Source: an uncultured Actinomycetes bacterium (GTDB lineage Bacteria; Actinomycetota; Thermoleophilia; Gaiellales; JAICJC01). From it: 64,000 bases of DNA. Of this stretch, positions 53,183 to 62,300 are shown one piece after another. The notes under the pieces were generated by a model. The model was not told where the DNA came from, did not search any database, and saw only the letters and a list, made by a program, of their open reading frames with translations. The stretch covers positions 24,756 through 88,755 of the forward strand of contig CAVTSO010000013.1 in NCBI GenBank assembly GCA_963737445.1. Reading direction: 5' to 3'. The first letter of the stretch is position 1, and each line of letters starts with the position of its first letter. The position numbers and the translations under genes are program-made.

Positions 53183-54577
53183 ATGAGCACGATCGCAACA
53201 CTCGCCGCGGAAGCTCGCTCGGCTCTTGCCGGCAGCTTCAACGGCACCCTGACGGGACCGGACGACGCCGGATACGACGAGGCGCGCTCGGTCTACAACG
53301 CGATGATCGACCGGCGGCCGGCCCTGGTGGCCCGCTGCACCTCGGCCGCCGATGTGGCGGCGGTGATCGGCTTCGCCCGCTCGCAGAATGCGCTGATCGC
53401 AGTCCGCGGCGGCGGCCACAACGGCGGCGGCCTGGGCGTCGTCGATGACGGCGTCGTCATCGACCTGGCCGGGATCAACAGCATCGACGTCGATGCCGCC
53501 GCCCGCACGGTGCGGGTCGGCGGCGGCTGCGTCTGGAAGGATGTCGACGCCGCCACGCACGAGGTGGGCGGCACCGTTCCCTGCGGCATCATCGGCACCA
53601 CCGGCGTCGGCGGGCTGACCCTGGGCGGCGGGATCGGGCACATCGCCCGCTCCGGCGGCCTGACGGTCGACAACCTGCTCGAGGCCGAGGTCGTTCTGGC
53701 AGACGGTTCGATCGTGCGCGCATCGGCCGACGAGAACCCGGAGCTGTTCTGGGCGCTCCGCGGCGGCGGCGGCAACTTCGGCGTGGTCACGGCGTTCACG
53801 TTCAAGATGCAGCCGGTGAGCATGGTCGTGGCCGGTCCCACCTTCTGGTCGCTGGACGACGCGGCTGAGGTGATGCGGGCCTACCGGGAGTTCCTCCCGG
53901 CGGCTCCGCGCGAGCTGAACGGCTGGTTCGCGTTCGTGACCGTGCCGCCCGTTCCGGTGTTCCCCGAGGAGCTGCACGGCCGCAAGATGGCGGCCATCGT
54001 GTGGTGCCACACGGGCAGCGAGGAGGAGGCCGCTGCGGCGATGGCGCCGATGCTGGAGGCGGTCGAGCCGGTGCTGCACGCGGCCGGCCCGATGCCGTTC
54101 CCGGTGCTGAACGGGTTCTTCGACGCGCTCTACCCGAAGGGCGACCAGTGGTACTGGAGGGCCGACTTCGTGCGCGAGCTGCCTGACGCCGCCATCGAGC
54201 AGCACGTCAGGTTCGCGAACGAGATGCGCCCCGGCCAGTCGACCATGCATATGTACCCGATCGATGGGGCCGTGCATGACGTCGGCGCGGGTGACACCGC
54301 GTTCAGCTACCGCGACGTGACCTGGGCGCAGGTGATCGTGGGCGTCGACCCCGACCCGGCCAACGCCGAGGCGATCAAGCAGTGGACGATCGACTACTGG
54401 GATGCCACGCACCCCTACTCGGCCGGCGGCGCCTACGTCAACTTCATGATGGACGAAGGCCAGGAGCGGGTGAAGGCCACGTACCGGGACAACTACGACC
54501 GGCTGGCCCGGGCCAAGGCGCAGTACGACCCGCACAACGTCTTCCGCGTCAACCAGAACATCAAGCCCGCAAGCTGA
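53183..54577 (+). CDS. FAD-linked oxidase (FAD_binding_4 plus BBE domain)
   Basis: ..AVRGGGHN..GGGCVW..LTLGGGIGH.. and the C-terminal ..YVNFM...YDPHNVFRVNQNI BBE tail. Confidence 0.85.
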   Translation: MSTIATLAAEARSALAGSFNGTLTGPDDAGYDEARSVYNAMIDRRPALVARCTSAADVAAVIGFARSQNALIAVRGGGHNGGGLGVVDDGVVIDLAGINSIDVDAAARTVRVGGGCVWKDVDAATHEVGGTVPCGIIGTTGVGGLTLGGGIGHIARSGGLTVDNLLEAEVVLADGSIVRASADENPELFWALRGGGGNFGVVTAFTFKMQPVSMVVAGPTFWSLDDAAEVMRAYREFLPAAPRELNGWFAFVTVPPVPVFPEELHGRKMAAIVWCHTGSEEEAAAAMAPMLEAVEPVLHAAGPMPFPVLNGFFDALYPKGDQWYWRADFVRELPDAAIEQHVRFANEMRPGQSTMHMYPIDGAVHDVGAGDTAFSYRDVTWAQVIVGVDPDPANAEAIKQWTIDYWDATHPYSAGGAYVNFMMDEGQERVKATYRDNYDRLARAKAQYDPHNVFRVNQNIKPAS

Positions 54578-54645
54578 GGCAGGCCGTGGCCGGGGGGTGC
54601 GTCGGGCACCCCCCGGCCCTTGGCCATGCGGCGTAGGCTTCCATC

Positions 54646-55716
54646 ATGGATCCCCAGCCAGCCGGCATCAGCCGCGAGGAGCTGCAGCTCGCCGCCCGCA
54701 ACCACGGCATGCTGCTGGAGGCGCTGCGGCACGAGATCACACCGGTGGGACTGCACTACCTGCTGGTGCACTACGACATCCCGGCGGTGGGCGAGGAGTG
54801 GAGGCTGCGGGTGGACGGCCGCGTGCGTCGTCCCCTGGAGCTGGATCTGGACGCCATCCGCGCCCTCCCGTCCGTGACCCTGCCGGTCACGATGGAGTGC
54901 GCCGGCAACGGCCGCGCGACGATGGAGCCGCACGTGACCAGCCAGCCGTGGATCCTGGAGGCGGTGGGCACCGGTCAGTGGACGGGTACGCCGCTGGCGC
55001 CGCTGCTGGAGCAGGCCGCCCTGCTGGACGACGCCGTCGAGATCGTCTTCGAGGGCCTCGATCGCGGCCTGGAGGGCGGCGATGAGCAGACCTACGGGCG
55101 CAGCCTCACGATCGAGCAGGCGGTCAACGACGGCGCGATCCTGGCCTACGAGCTGAACGGCGCCCCATTGCCGTCGCAGCACGGCTACCCGCTGCGGCTG
55201 TTGGTGCCCGGCTGGTACGGCATGACCAACGTCAAGTGGCTGTCATCGATCAGGGCCGTCAGCGAGCCGTTCGCGGGCTACCAGCAGGCGCAGTCCTACC
55301 GCTGGCGCCGGGAAGAGCACGAGGCCGGAAGGCCGGTCACGCGCATGATGCCGCGGGCGCTGATGGCGCCGCCCGGCATCCCCGACTTCATGAGCCGCGA
55401 GCGCACCGTTTCGGCCGCAGAGCCGGTTTCGGTGCAGGGGCGGGCCTGGTCAGGTTGGGGGCCGATCGAGCTGGTGGAGTTCTCGGCCGACGGAGGCGAG
55501 AGCTGGCGGGCGGCGGAACTGGGCGACCAGGGCAGCCCGCACGTCTGGCGGGGCTGGTCGGTCAGCTGGCACCCCGCTGGGGCGGGTCGCTACGAGCTCT
55601 GCTGCCGCGCCACCGACGCGACCGGCGCCACCCAGCCGCTGCACCCGGAGTGGAACCTGGGCGGCTACGAGAACAACGCCGTCCAGCGCGTCCCGGTCAC
55701 TGTTAAGGATGGTTGA
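54646..55716 (+). CDS. sulfite-oxidase-family molybdopterin oxidoreductase (Oxidored_molyb plus Moco dimerisation domain)
   Basis: Moco-Cys motif TMECAGNGR and ..GYPLRLLVPGWYGMTNVKWL.. The stop TGA lies inside the repeat terminus GATGGTTGAT. Confidence 0.85.
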   Translation: MDPQPAGISREELQLAARNHGMLLEALRHEITPVGLHYLLVHYDIPAVGEEWRLRVDGRVRRPLELDLDAIRALPSVTLPVTMECAGNGRATMEPHVTSQPWILEAVGTGQWTGTPLAPLLEQAALLDDAVEIVFEGLDRGLEGGDEQTYGRSLTIEQAVNDGAILAYELNGAPLPSQHGYPLRLLVPGWYGMTNVKWLSSIRAVSEPFAGYQQAQSYRWRREEHEAGRPVTRMMPRALMAPPGIPDFMSRERTVSAAEPVSVQGRAWSGWGPIELVEFSADGGESWRAAELGDQGSPHVWRGWSVSWHPAGAGRYELCCRATDATGATQPLHPEWNLGGYENNAVQRVPVTVKDG

Positions 55717-55933
55717 TTCCACGAGCTACGCGCGGCGCGCCGTCCGCGATCTGCGTCATCGCAGATCGCTCCCGACCGGCGCAAGCCATGGCTTGCGCCC
55801 AGGGGTCTGGGACACGCTGGACGCCACGATCGTCCTTGGCCAGGACATGCCCAGCCTGCCCTGCGGACGCTCTCGACGTCCAGCGCGGCCCATCCTGCGC
55901 CCCGCATCCACGCATCCCGTGGAACCAACCATC
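55706..55933. mobile_element. MITE-like element, copy B (~228 bp): imperfect termini and the same two hairpins as copy A
   Basis: The termini are GGATGGTTGATTCC (55707-55720) and GGAACCAACCATC (55921-55933). The hairpins are GCGATCTGCG-tcat-CGCAGATCGC (55746-69) and GGCGCAAGCC-at-GGCTTGCGCC (55778-99). The shared core is CCGTCCGCGATCTGCGT.ATCGCAGATCGCTC..GACCGGCGCAAG. Confidence 0.55.
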
Positions 55934-55938
55934 GATAG

Positions 55939-57126
55939 TCAGATCGCCTCGCCGGTATCCCGGTCGAAGAAGTGCAACCGGCGGTTGTCCACCTGCAGGG
56001 TGATCGGCTGTCCCCGCTGAGCTGACGTGCGGGGGTTCAGCCGCGCCACGAACGAGGTCTGCGCGCCGCCGTCGACCTCGGGCAACAGCGCGGCGTCTGC
56101 GGCCAGGTCGATCGTGTCGTCGGTGATCACCGGCGGTGCGTCCACGCCGAAGTGCACGTAGACCTCCGAGCCCATCGCCTCACGAATGTCGACGACCACC
56201 CGGATGTCCGACCCTTCCAGGCGGTCGTTGATGAACTGCGGATCCTCGATGTCTTCCGGCCGGATGCCCAGCACCACCTTGCTGCCGTCCCGGGCGGCAA
56301 GCGCCGGCCGCTGCTGGAACGTCTCCTCGGGCACGCGCAGGCTGATGCCTGCGAACTCGACCGCGCCGCCGCTCTCGGAGCGGCGCACCACAGCGTCGAC
56401 CATATTCATGGCCGGCGAGCCGATGAACCCGGCCACGAACAGGTTGGCGGGACGGTCGTACATGTCCTGGGGGGCGTCCACCTGCTGCAGGACGCCGCGG
56501 TTCATCACGGCCACCCTGTCGCCCATCGTCATCGCCTCGGTCTGGTCGTGGGTGACGTAGATCATGGTCGTGCCCAGGTCGCGCTGGATCCGCGAGATCT
56601 CGGTGCGCATCTGGACGCGCAGCTTGGCATCCAGGTTCGACAGCGGCTCGTCCATCAGGAACGCCTGCGGTTCGCGCACGATCGCGCGGCCCATCGCCAC
56701 CCGCTGCCGCTGGCCCCCCGAGAGAGCCCGTGGCTTCTTCTTGAGCTGATCCTCGAGCCCGAGCGTCCTCGCCGTCTCGCGCACGCGGCGGTCGATCTCC
56801 TTGCGCGGCACCTTGCGCAGCTTCAGGCCGAAGGCCATGTTGTCGAAGCAGGTCATGTGCGGGTAGAGGGCGTAGTTCTGGAACACCATCGCCAGGTCGC
56901 GGTTTTTGGCCTCCACGTCGTTGATGACGGCGTCGCCGAGGCGGATGCTGCCGCCGGTGATCTCCTCCAGCCCGGCCACCATCCGCAGCAGCGTGGTCTT
57001 GCCGCAGCCGGACGGGCCGACCAGCACCATCAGCGTGCCGTCCTCGATCGTGAGGTCGACGGAGCGCACGGCCTCCGTGCCGTCCTCGTAGACCTTGGTC
57101 ACCTCGTCGAAGCCGATCTGCGCCAT
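55939..57126 (-). CDS. orphan ABC transporter ATP-binding protein of the MalK/UgpC/MsiK sugar-importer type
   Basis: Walker A GPSGCGKTT, signature LSGGQRQR, Walker B FLMDEPLS and a C-terminal TOBE-like domain. No permease or binding-protein gene is adjacent. Confidence 0.9.
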   Translation of the reverse strand: MAQIGFDEVTKVYEDGTEAVRSVDLTIEDGTLMVLVGPSGCGKTTLLRMVAGLEEITGGSIRLGDAVINDVEAKNRDLAMVFQNYALYPHMTCFDNMAFGLKLRKVPRKEIDRRVRETARTLGLEDQLKKKPRALSGGQRQRVAMGRAIVREPQAFLMDEPLSNLDAKLRVQMRTEISRIQRDLGTTMIYVTHDQTEAMTMGDRVAVMNRGVLQQVDAPQDMYDRPANLFVAGFIGSPAMNMVDAVVRRSESGGAVEFAGISLRVPEETFQQRPALAARDGSKVVLGIRPEDIEDPQFINDRLEGSDIRVVVDIREAMGSEVYVHFGVDAPPVITDDTIDLAADAALLPEVDGGAQTSFVARLNPRTSAQRGQPITLQVDNRRLHFFDRDTGEAI

Positions 57127-57173
57127 TGCGCCCCCATAATACGGTCGCACCGAGTCCACGAGGAGGAGCAGCG

Positions 57174-58340
57174 ATGAGCGCACAGCCGGCCGCCGACGTG
57201 GCCGTTGTCGGATTGGGCGGCCTGGGCAGCGCCGCGGCATGCTGGGCGGCGCGGATGGGCGCGCGGGTGGTCGGCCTCGAGCAGTTCCCGCTCGGCCACG
57301 ATCGGGGCGGGTCGCACGACCATTCGCGGTTGATCCGGCTGGCCTACCACCACCCGGACTACGTGCGGCTGGCGGCCACCGCGTACGACGTGTGGGACGA
57401 GGTCGAGCGCGCCGCCGGCGAGCAGCTGGTGCACCTGACGGGAGGCATCGACATATTCGGCTCGGACGCGCCGCTGGGCCGCGACGTATACGCGGCCGGC
57501 ATGATCGAGGGCGGCGCCGAGGTGGAGCTGCTGACCGGTGCGGACGTGTCGGCCCGCTGGCCGCAGCTGGCGCCGCCCGGCGACGTGCCTGCTCTTGCCC
57601 ACGCGCGGGCCGGGTTCGTCGCCAGCGAGCGCGCCACCGCCGCCCACCAGCGGATGGCGCGGGCGGCCGGCGCGGAGCTGCTGGACGGGTGTGCCGTCAC
57701 CGCCGTGCGACCCTCCGGCCGCGACCTGCTGGTGGAGGCGGACGGGCGCACGATTCGCTGCCGGTCGGTGATTCTCTCGGCGGGAGCGTGGCTGAACGAG
57801 CTCCTGGAGCCGCTGGGCGCGAGCCTGCCGCTCACGATCAGCCAGGAGCAGATCTCCTACCTGGCCGCCGACGACCTCGATCGCTTCCGTCCCGCCCGGT
57901 TCCCGGTCTGGATCTGGCACGGCGCCCGCACGTACTACGGGTTCCCGGCATTCGGTGAGCGGGCGGTCAAGGCGGCGGAGGACCAGGGCGGTGCCGAGGT
58001 GACCGCGCGCACGCGCAGCTTCGACCCCGACCCGGACGCGACCGAGCGCCTGCACCGCTTCGTCTCGGGATTGATTCCCGGGCTGGGGCCGCCGGTGCTG
58101 ACCAAGACCTGCCTGTACACGATGACCCCCGACCGCGACTTCGTGATCTCGGCGCTGCCGCAGCACCCCGGCATCGTGGCGGCGGTGGCCGACGGCCACG
58201 GCTTCAAGTTCGCCTCGCTGCTGGGCAGGATGCTGGGCGAGATCGCCCTGGGCCGCACTCCCTCGCCGGACCTGGAGCGGTTCCGTGCCGACCGGCCGGC
58301 GCTGGCGCCCGGCCGCGACCCCAGTCCCGCCCGCGTGTAG
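57174..58340 (+). CDS. monomeric sarcosine oxidase / N-methyltryptophan oxidase-like FAD oxidoreductase
   Basis: VAVVGLGGLGSAAA dinucleotide fold. TKTCLYTMTPDRDF resembles the covalent-FAD Cys region of the MSOX/SolA family. The ATG follows GAGGAGGAG. Confidence 0.8.
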   Translation: MSAQPAADVAVVGLGGLGSAAACWAARMGARVVGLEQFPLGHDRGGSHDHSRLIRLAYHHPDYVRLAATAYDVWDEVERAAGEQLVHLTGGIDIFGSDAPLGRDVYAAGMIEGGAEVELLTGADVSARWPQLAPPGDVPALAHARAGFVASERATAAHQRMARAAGAELLDGCAVTAVRPSGRDLLVEADGRTIRCRSVILSAGAWLNELLEPLGASLPLTISQEQISYLAADDLDRFRPARFPVWIWHGARTYYGFPAFGERAVKAAEDQGGAEVTARTRSFDPDPDATERLHRFVSGLIPGLGPPVLTKTCLYTMTPDRDFVISALPQHPGIVAAVADGHGFKFASLLGRMLGEIALGRTPSPDLERFRADRPALAPGRDPSPARV

Positions 58341-58349
58341 GAGCTCGCC

Positions 58350-58748
58350 GTGCCACCACTCTTCCGCTCGCTCGACTTCCTCTACGTTCCCGCCGCCGAC
58401 GTGGACGACGCCGCCCGCCGCTACGTCGACCAGCTCGGCGCCGAGCTGGTCTGGAAGGTGCGCGGCATGGGCACCGTCGTCGCCTGCCTGCGCGTTTCGG
58501 GGTCAGGCCCGGCGATCCTGCTCAGCGGCCATCTCGAGGGATCGGCGCCGATCCTCGTCTACCGGGTCGAGAGCTACGGCCAGGCGGTGCGCGAGCTCGA
58601 GCGGCGCGGTGTGGGAGCGCTGCACCGGCTCGAGATCCCGCACGGCCCCTGCGCCAGCTTCACGGCCGCGGGCGGGCAGCGGATCGCGGTGTACGAGCTG
58701 GTGCGCCCCGGTGCGGCCGCGCACTTTGACGGCCGTATGGACGACTAG
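58350..58748 (+). CDS. VOC (glyoxalase/bleomycin-resistance fold) family protein
   Basis: 132 aa with a beta-alpha-beta-beta-beta-like pattern (LDFLYVPAADVDDAARRYVDQLGAELVW...). GTG start. The family call is tentative. Confidence 0.55.
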   Translation: MPPLFRSLDFLYVPAADVDDAARRYVDQLGAELVWKVRGMGTVVACLRVSGSGPAILLSGHLEGSAPILVYRVESYGQAVRELERRGVGALHRLEIPHGPCASFTAAGGQRIAVYELVRPGAAAHFDGRMDD

Positions 58749-60802
58749 CGCTGCCGCGCGAACGCCGCCCAGTCGCCGTACCGGAACACCTCGCGCAGGC
58801 CGGGATCGGCGGACAGCGCCGCAACCGCCCGCGGCGTCGTCTTCGTGTTCACCAACAGGTAGCGGACGTGGAAACGGTCGAGGATGGCCGCGCGCGCGGA
58901 CGGCGACGTGCCCGGCTCAAGCGCGATGTTGACCGCCCGCTTGCGCGCCACCGGCATGTTGCGCGGCTCGCCCCGTGCCCGCTCCAGCGGCAGCGCCATC
59001 GGGTCGACCGTGGCCTCGCCCGCCAGCTGGTAGCCGATGTACGCCTCCGCCAGCACCACGGGGAACGGCGCACCGTCGTGCTGGCGGAAGAACCCGATTA
59101 CCGGCTCGGGCAGCCGCGGCTGCGCCTCGCTGACGCCCGGCCCGTGCCGCAGGTCGGAACCCACTTCGGTCCGCTGCGCCCGCACGGACCCCGCGATCAG
59201 GGCGGCCGCGAGCAGGACAACAGCGCCCAGCGCGGCCGGTGCGGCGGCGTTCATCCGGGCGTTGCGCCCGCGCATCGCCGGCCAGGCCGACACCGCGACC
59301 CCCGCCACCGTCAGCGCGGCGATCGCGAAGGTGAGCGGATCGCCCTCGGGCACGTACGCCTGGTAGCCGAGTGAGGCCACCGCCACGGCCAGCGCGACCG
59401 GGACGGCCATTCTGCCGCCCGTCACGGCTGCCACCTCCACCACCACGATGGCCGCGGTCAGCCCCCAGGGCAGCCCGCTGCGCGGGAACCGCTTGACCTG
59501 GCCGTAGCCGAGCACCGAGGTGAGCAGCGCCGGCACCCACGGGAACGAACAGAGCACCAGCGCGGCGCCCATGATCGCGGCCGGCACCGCGTGGCGCCGC
59601 CGGAACAGCAGCATCAGGGGCACGACGGACAGCACCCCAAAGGCGACTTCGGGCCGGTCGTCGAGCATCCAGCCGGCCCGGGCTATGACCGGGTTCCCGT
59701 GCACCACCACGTACACGGTGTCCAGCACCGGTGGCCGCGGCAGCCTCGTCCCGCCGCGCAGTGCGACCGCCCAGATCACACCGTAGATGACGCCGGTCAG
59801 CGCGACCGACGCACCCAGCAGGCGCCAGCCCCGCAGCATCACGATCACGACCCCCGCGAGGCAGGCCAGCACCAGCACCGTGTAGCTGGCGTGGATCAGC
59901 GTGACGGCAAGCACACCGAGCAGCACCGCCCGGTTCAGCCGCCGGTCGAACCCGCCGCGGGCGCCGGCGGCGAGCAGGGCCAGAAGGGCGGGGATGAGGA
60001 CGTAGAACGTGAACTCGGGCGGCTGCTGCAACACCTCCAGCGACCCCCGCGCGAGCGCATCCCAGCAGGCCAGGAACGCGGCGGCGGCGCCGACCGGGCG
60101 GCCCGCCGCGGCCGAGCCCAGGGCGTAGGCGGCCAAGGGCAGCAGCAGCGCGCACCCGGGCGCCAGGCTGGAGTAGGCCGCCGATGGCTCCGACCCAGTG
60201 ATCCGGATCGCGACCGCCTCGATCGCGTGCAGCACCGGCACCACGTAGCCGGCGTGGGGTGAGCCGTGCCATACCGAGGACAGGCCGCTGAGCGTCAGGT
60301 GCGGCAGGTCGAGCAGCTTGCGCACGCGCCCGGCATGGAACAGCGCGTCGCCGTGCAGGACGGTCTCGTAACGCGATGCCAGCACCGCCATCAGCGCACC
60401 GGCCGCGGCCACGCCTGCCAACTGCACGCCGCTGCCGGACGTGTGGATGCGCGGGGTCGACGCGGCCAGCGCGACGGGGCAGGCCACTCCCACGAGCAGC
60501 GCCAGCGCAGTCAGCGGCAGGCCCACGATCAGCGCCGCCATCAGCGCCAGTGACCAAACGGCGCAGCCCAGCGGGATCGCCGCCGCCAGCAGCACCGGCG
60601 CCTCCAGCTGCTCGTCCACGCCCAGGACGCGCGCGCAGGCAAGGCCGGGCACCAGCAGCACACCCAGCAGGGCGACGGCCAGCGGCAGGCCCAGCGGCAG
60701 CACCTGTGCGGCGCCACGAAGCACCAAGAGGGCGGCCGCCAGCGCCGCCACCAGCAGGGCCGCTCGGATCAGGAACCCGCGGTCGGGCAGCGCCGGCCTC
60801 AT
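58745..60802 (-). CDS. large polytopic membrane protein with C-terminal extracytoplasmic domain (function unknown; glycosyltransferase-C-like architecture)
   Basis: More than 12 hydrophobic segments over ~520 aa, then a ~150-aa soluble tail. I could not assign a family. Confidence 0.65.
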   Translation of the reverse strand: MRPALPDRGFLIRAALLVAALAAALLVLRGAAQVLPLGLPLAVALLGVLLVPGLACARVLGVDEQLEAPVLLAAAIPLGCAVWSLALMAALIVGLPLTALALLVGVACPVALAASTPRIHTSGSGVQLAGVAAAGALMAVLASRYETVLHGDALFHAGRVRKLLDLPHLTLSGLSSVWHGSPHAGYVVPVLHAIEAVAIRITGSEPSAAYSSLAPGCALLLPLAAYALGSAAAGRPVGAAAAFLACWDALARGSLEVLQQPPEFTFYVLIPALLALLAAGARGGFDRRLNRAVLLGVLAVTLIHASYTVLVLACLAGVVIVMLRGWRLLGASVALTGVIYGVIWAVALRGGTRLPRPPVLDTVYVVVHGNPVIARAGWMLDDRPEVAFGVLSVVPLMLLFRRRHAVPAAIMGAALVLCSFPWVPALLTSVLGYGQVKRFPRSGLPWGLTAAIVVVEVAAVTGGRMAVPVALAVAVASLGYQAYVPEGDPLTFAIAALTVAGVAVSAWPAMRGRNARMNAAAPAALGAVVLLAAALIAGSVRAQRTEVGSDLRHGPGVSEAQPRLPEPVIGFFRQHDGAPFPVVLAEAYIGYQLAGEATVDPMALPLERARGEPRNMPVARKRAVNIALEPGTSPSARAAILDRFHVRYLLVNTKTTPRAVAALSADPGLREVFRYGDWAAFARQR

Positions 60803-61004
60803 GTCCGCGCCGGCCCCGCGCCCGGCAGGCAGATCAGCGCGGGGAGCCAGAGCAGATCAGAGGCCACGCCGCGTGACGATACAGCCACACCCGCGGGTCA
60901 GCCGAACGTGAAGGAGTAGAGCGTCGTGCCCCGCCGCCGCGACCCGCGGCCGGGCCCGGCGGCGGCGCGGCCACGAGGGCACGCCACCGCCGAGCCCGGC
61001 CTGC

Positions 61005-61388
61005 TCAGGATTCGCTTCCGATCGTGAGCCCGTAGATCACGAGACCATTGATGATCACAGCGATCATGGCTCCCAGGGGAGCGGTGAAGAGGAAGAAGAA
61101 CCACATGAACATGGCGAACGATGCGACCAGCACGCCGAGCATGTAGCCGCTCGGGTTCCCGCTGAACACCATGAATCCGGCGAACAGCTGCACGATCGCA
61201 ACGATCAGCAGCACCCAGCCCCAGAACTTCAGGTTCTGGAACAGGAATGCGGAGCTGATGTTGTTGGACTGGTGGATGGACGTGAGCCCCTCGACCAGGT
61301 TGAAGGCACCGGCAACGACCAGCCAGATCGCGGAGAACATCGACCAGCCGGTAAGTCCATTGGATCGGTCATAGGTGCTTGACGACAC
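61005..61388 (-). CDS. small 4-TM membrane protein (DUF-type, actinobacterial)
   Basis: 127 aa with four clear hydrophobic helices. The codon usage is noticeably less GC-rich than the neighbours. GTG start. Confidence 0.65.
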   Translation of the reverse strand: MSSSTYDRSNGLTGWSMFSAIWLVVAGAFNLVEGLTSIHQSNNISSAFLFQNLKFWGWVLLIVAIVQLFAGFMVFSGNPSGYMLGVLVASFAMFMWFFFLFTAPLGAMIAVIINGLVIYGLTIGSES

Positions 61389-61513
61389 GTGACACCTCCT
61401 TCCTGTCGACGTCAGCTAGGGGCCGGTTCTCCGGGCGGTGGTGAATTCCTGCGACGCCGGACATGCGATGTCACCGGGGCTCAGCCGTGTGGCAGAGTGT
61501 GGCGGTGGCAACG

Positions 61514-61912
61514 ATGGCCGACCTCGACCAGCTGGCGATGGCGATGCCGCAGACCATCAGGGAGGAGGCCGATGGCCGTCCCCGGTACCTAGTGCACGGC
61601 AAGCTCTACTGCTGCCACCGCGGCCGCCGTCCCGACGCGGTCGACCCGGAGACCGGCGAGTGCATGGACGACGTGCTGATGTTCCGCGTCGCCGACGTCG
61701 GCGTCAAGGAGCTGTTGCTGGCCGACGATCGCGGCGTGTTCTTCACAACGCCCCACTTCGACGGCTACCCGGCCGTGCTGATGCGGATCCCCGACCTCGC
61801 CCGCATCGACCGCGAGGAGCTGGCCGACACCATCGCCGAGGCCTGGCTGACGCGGGCGCAGAAGCGTGTGGCCAGGGCCTGGCTCGAGAAGCAGATGCCC
61901 GCAGACGAGTAG
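61514..61912 (+). CDS. MmcQ/YjbR-like family protein
   Basis: MADLDQL start chosen. ..FRVADVGVKELLLADDRGVFFTTPHFDGYPAVLMRIPDL...ELADTIAEAW resembles the YjbR family. Confidence 0.5.
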   Translation: MADLDQLAMAMPQTIREEADGRPRYLVHGKLYCCHRGRRPDAVDPETGECMDDVLMFRVADVGVKELLLADDRGVFFTTPHFDGYPAVLMRIPDLARIDREELADTIAEAWLTRAQKRVARAWLEKQMPADE

Positions 61913-61978
61913 CCAGCGATGAATTCGCGCGTCCCGGCGGATCTCTGTTGGTGACGAGGATCAACAGGAGGTGCTGAT

Positions 61979-62299
61979 ATGAGACGCGTGATGGTTCGCT
62001 ACACGGTCAGGCCCGACCAGGCCGAGGCCAACGAGGCGCTGGTGCGCGAGGTCTACGACGAGCTGGATCGCACGCGCCCCGACGGGCTGCGCTACGCGAC
62101 CTTCCGGCTTGACGACGGCATCAGCTTCGTACACGTCGCGTCGGTCGAGACGCAGGACGGCCAAAACCCGCTGTCGAATGTGCAGGCATTTCAGCGGTTC
62201 ACGGAGACGATCGGCGAGCGCCGCGACGAGCGCCCGGTGACCGCCGTGCTGCACGAGGTCGGCTCCTACCGCTTCCTTGACGGAGCGGGTGCCGCCTGA
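61979..62299 (+). CDS. small ABM/Dabb-like (ferredoxin-fold) protein
   Basis: 106 aa, MVRYTVRPDQAEANEALVREVYDEL...FVHVASVE. The family call is tentative. Confidence 0.5.
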   Translation: MRRVMVRYTVRPDQAEANEALVREVYDELDRTRPDGLRYATFRLDDGISFVHVASVETQDGQNPLSNVQAFQRFTETIGERRDERPVTAVLHEVGSYRFLDGAGAA

Positions 62300-62300
62300 G

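Noticed and set aside
55706-55933. msiK RNA motif associated with the MsiK-like ATPase
   Set aside because: The structured element lies on the 3' side of the ATPase gene, which is on the minus strand. The known msiK motif is a 5'-UTR element. The real 5' region (57127-57173) is only 47 nt and shared with a divergent gene.
58917-60557. 546-aa alternative-frame ORF over the large membrane protein, and 21983..23167 / 33174..34943 / 35164..36561 style ORFs elsewhere
   Set aside because: The reasoning is the same. The chosen frames show hydrophobic helices or family motifs, and the alternatives do not.
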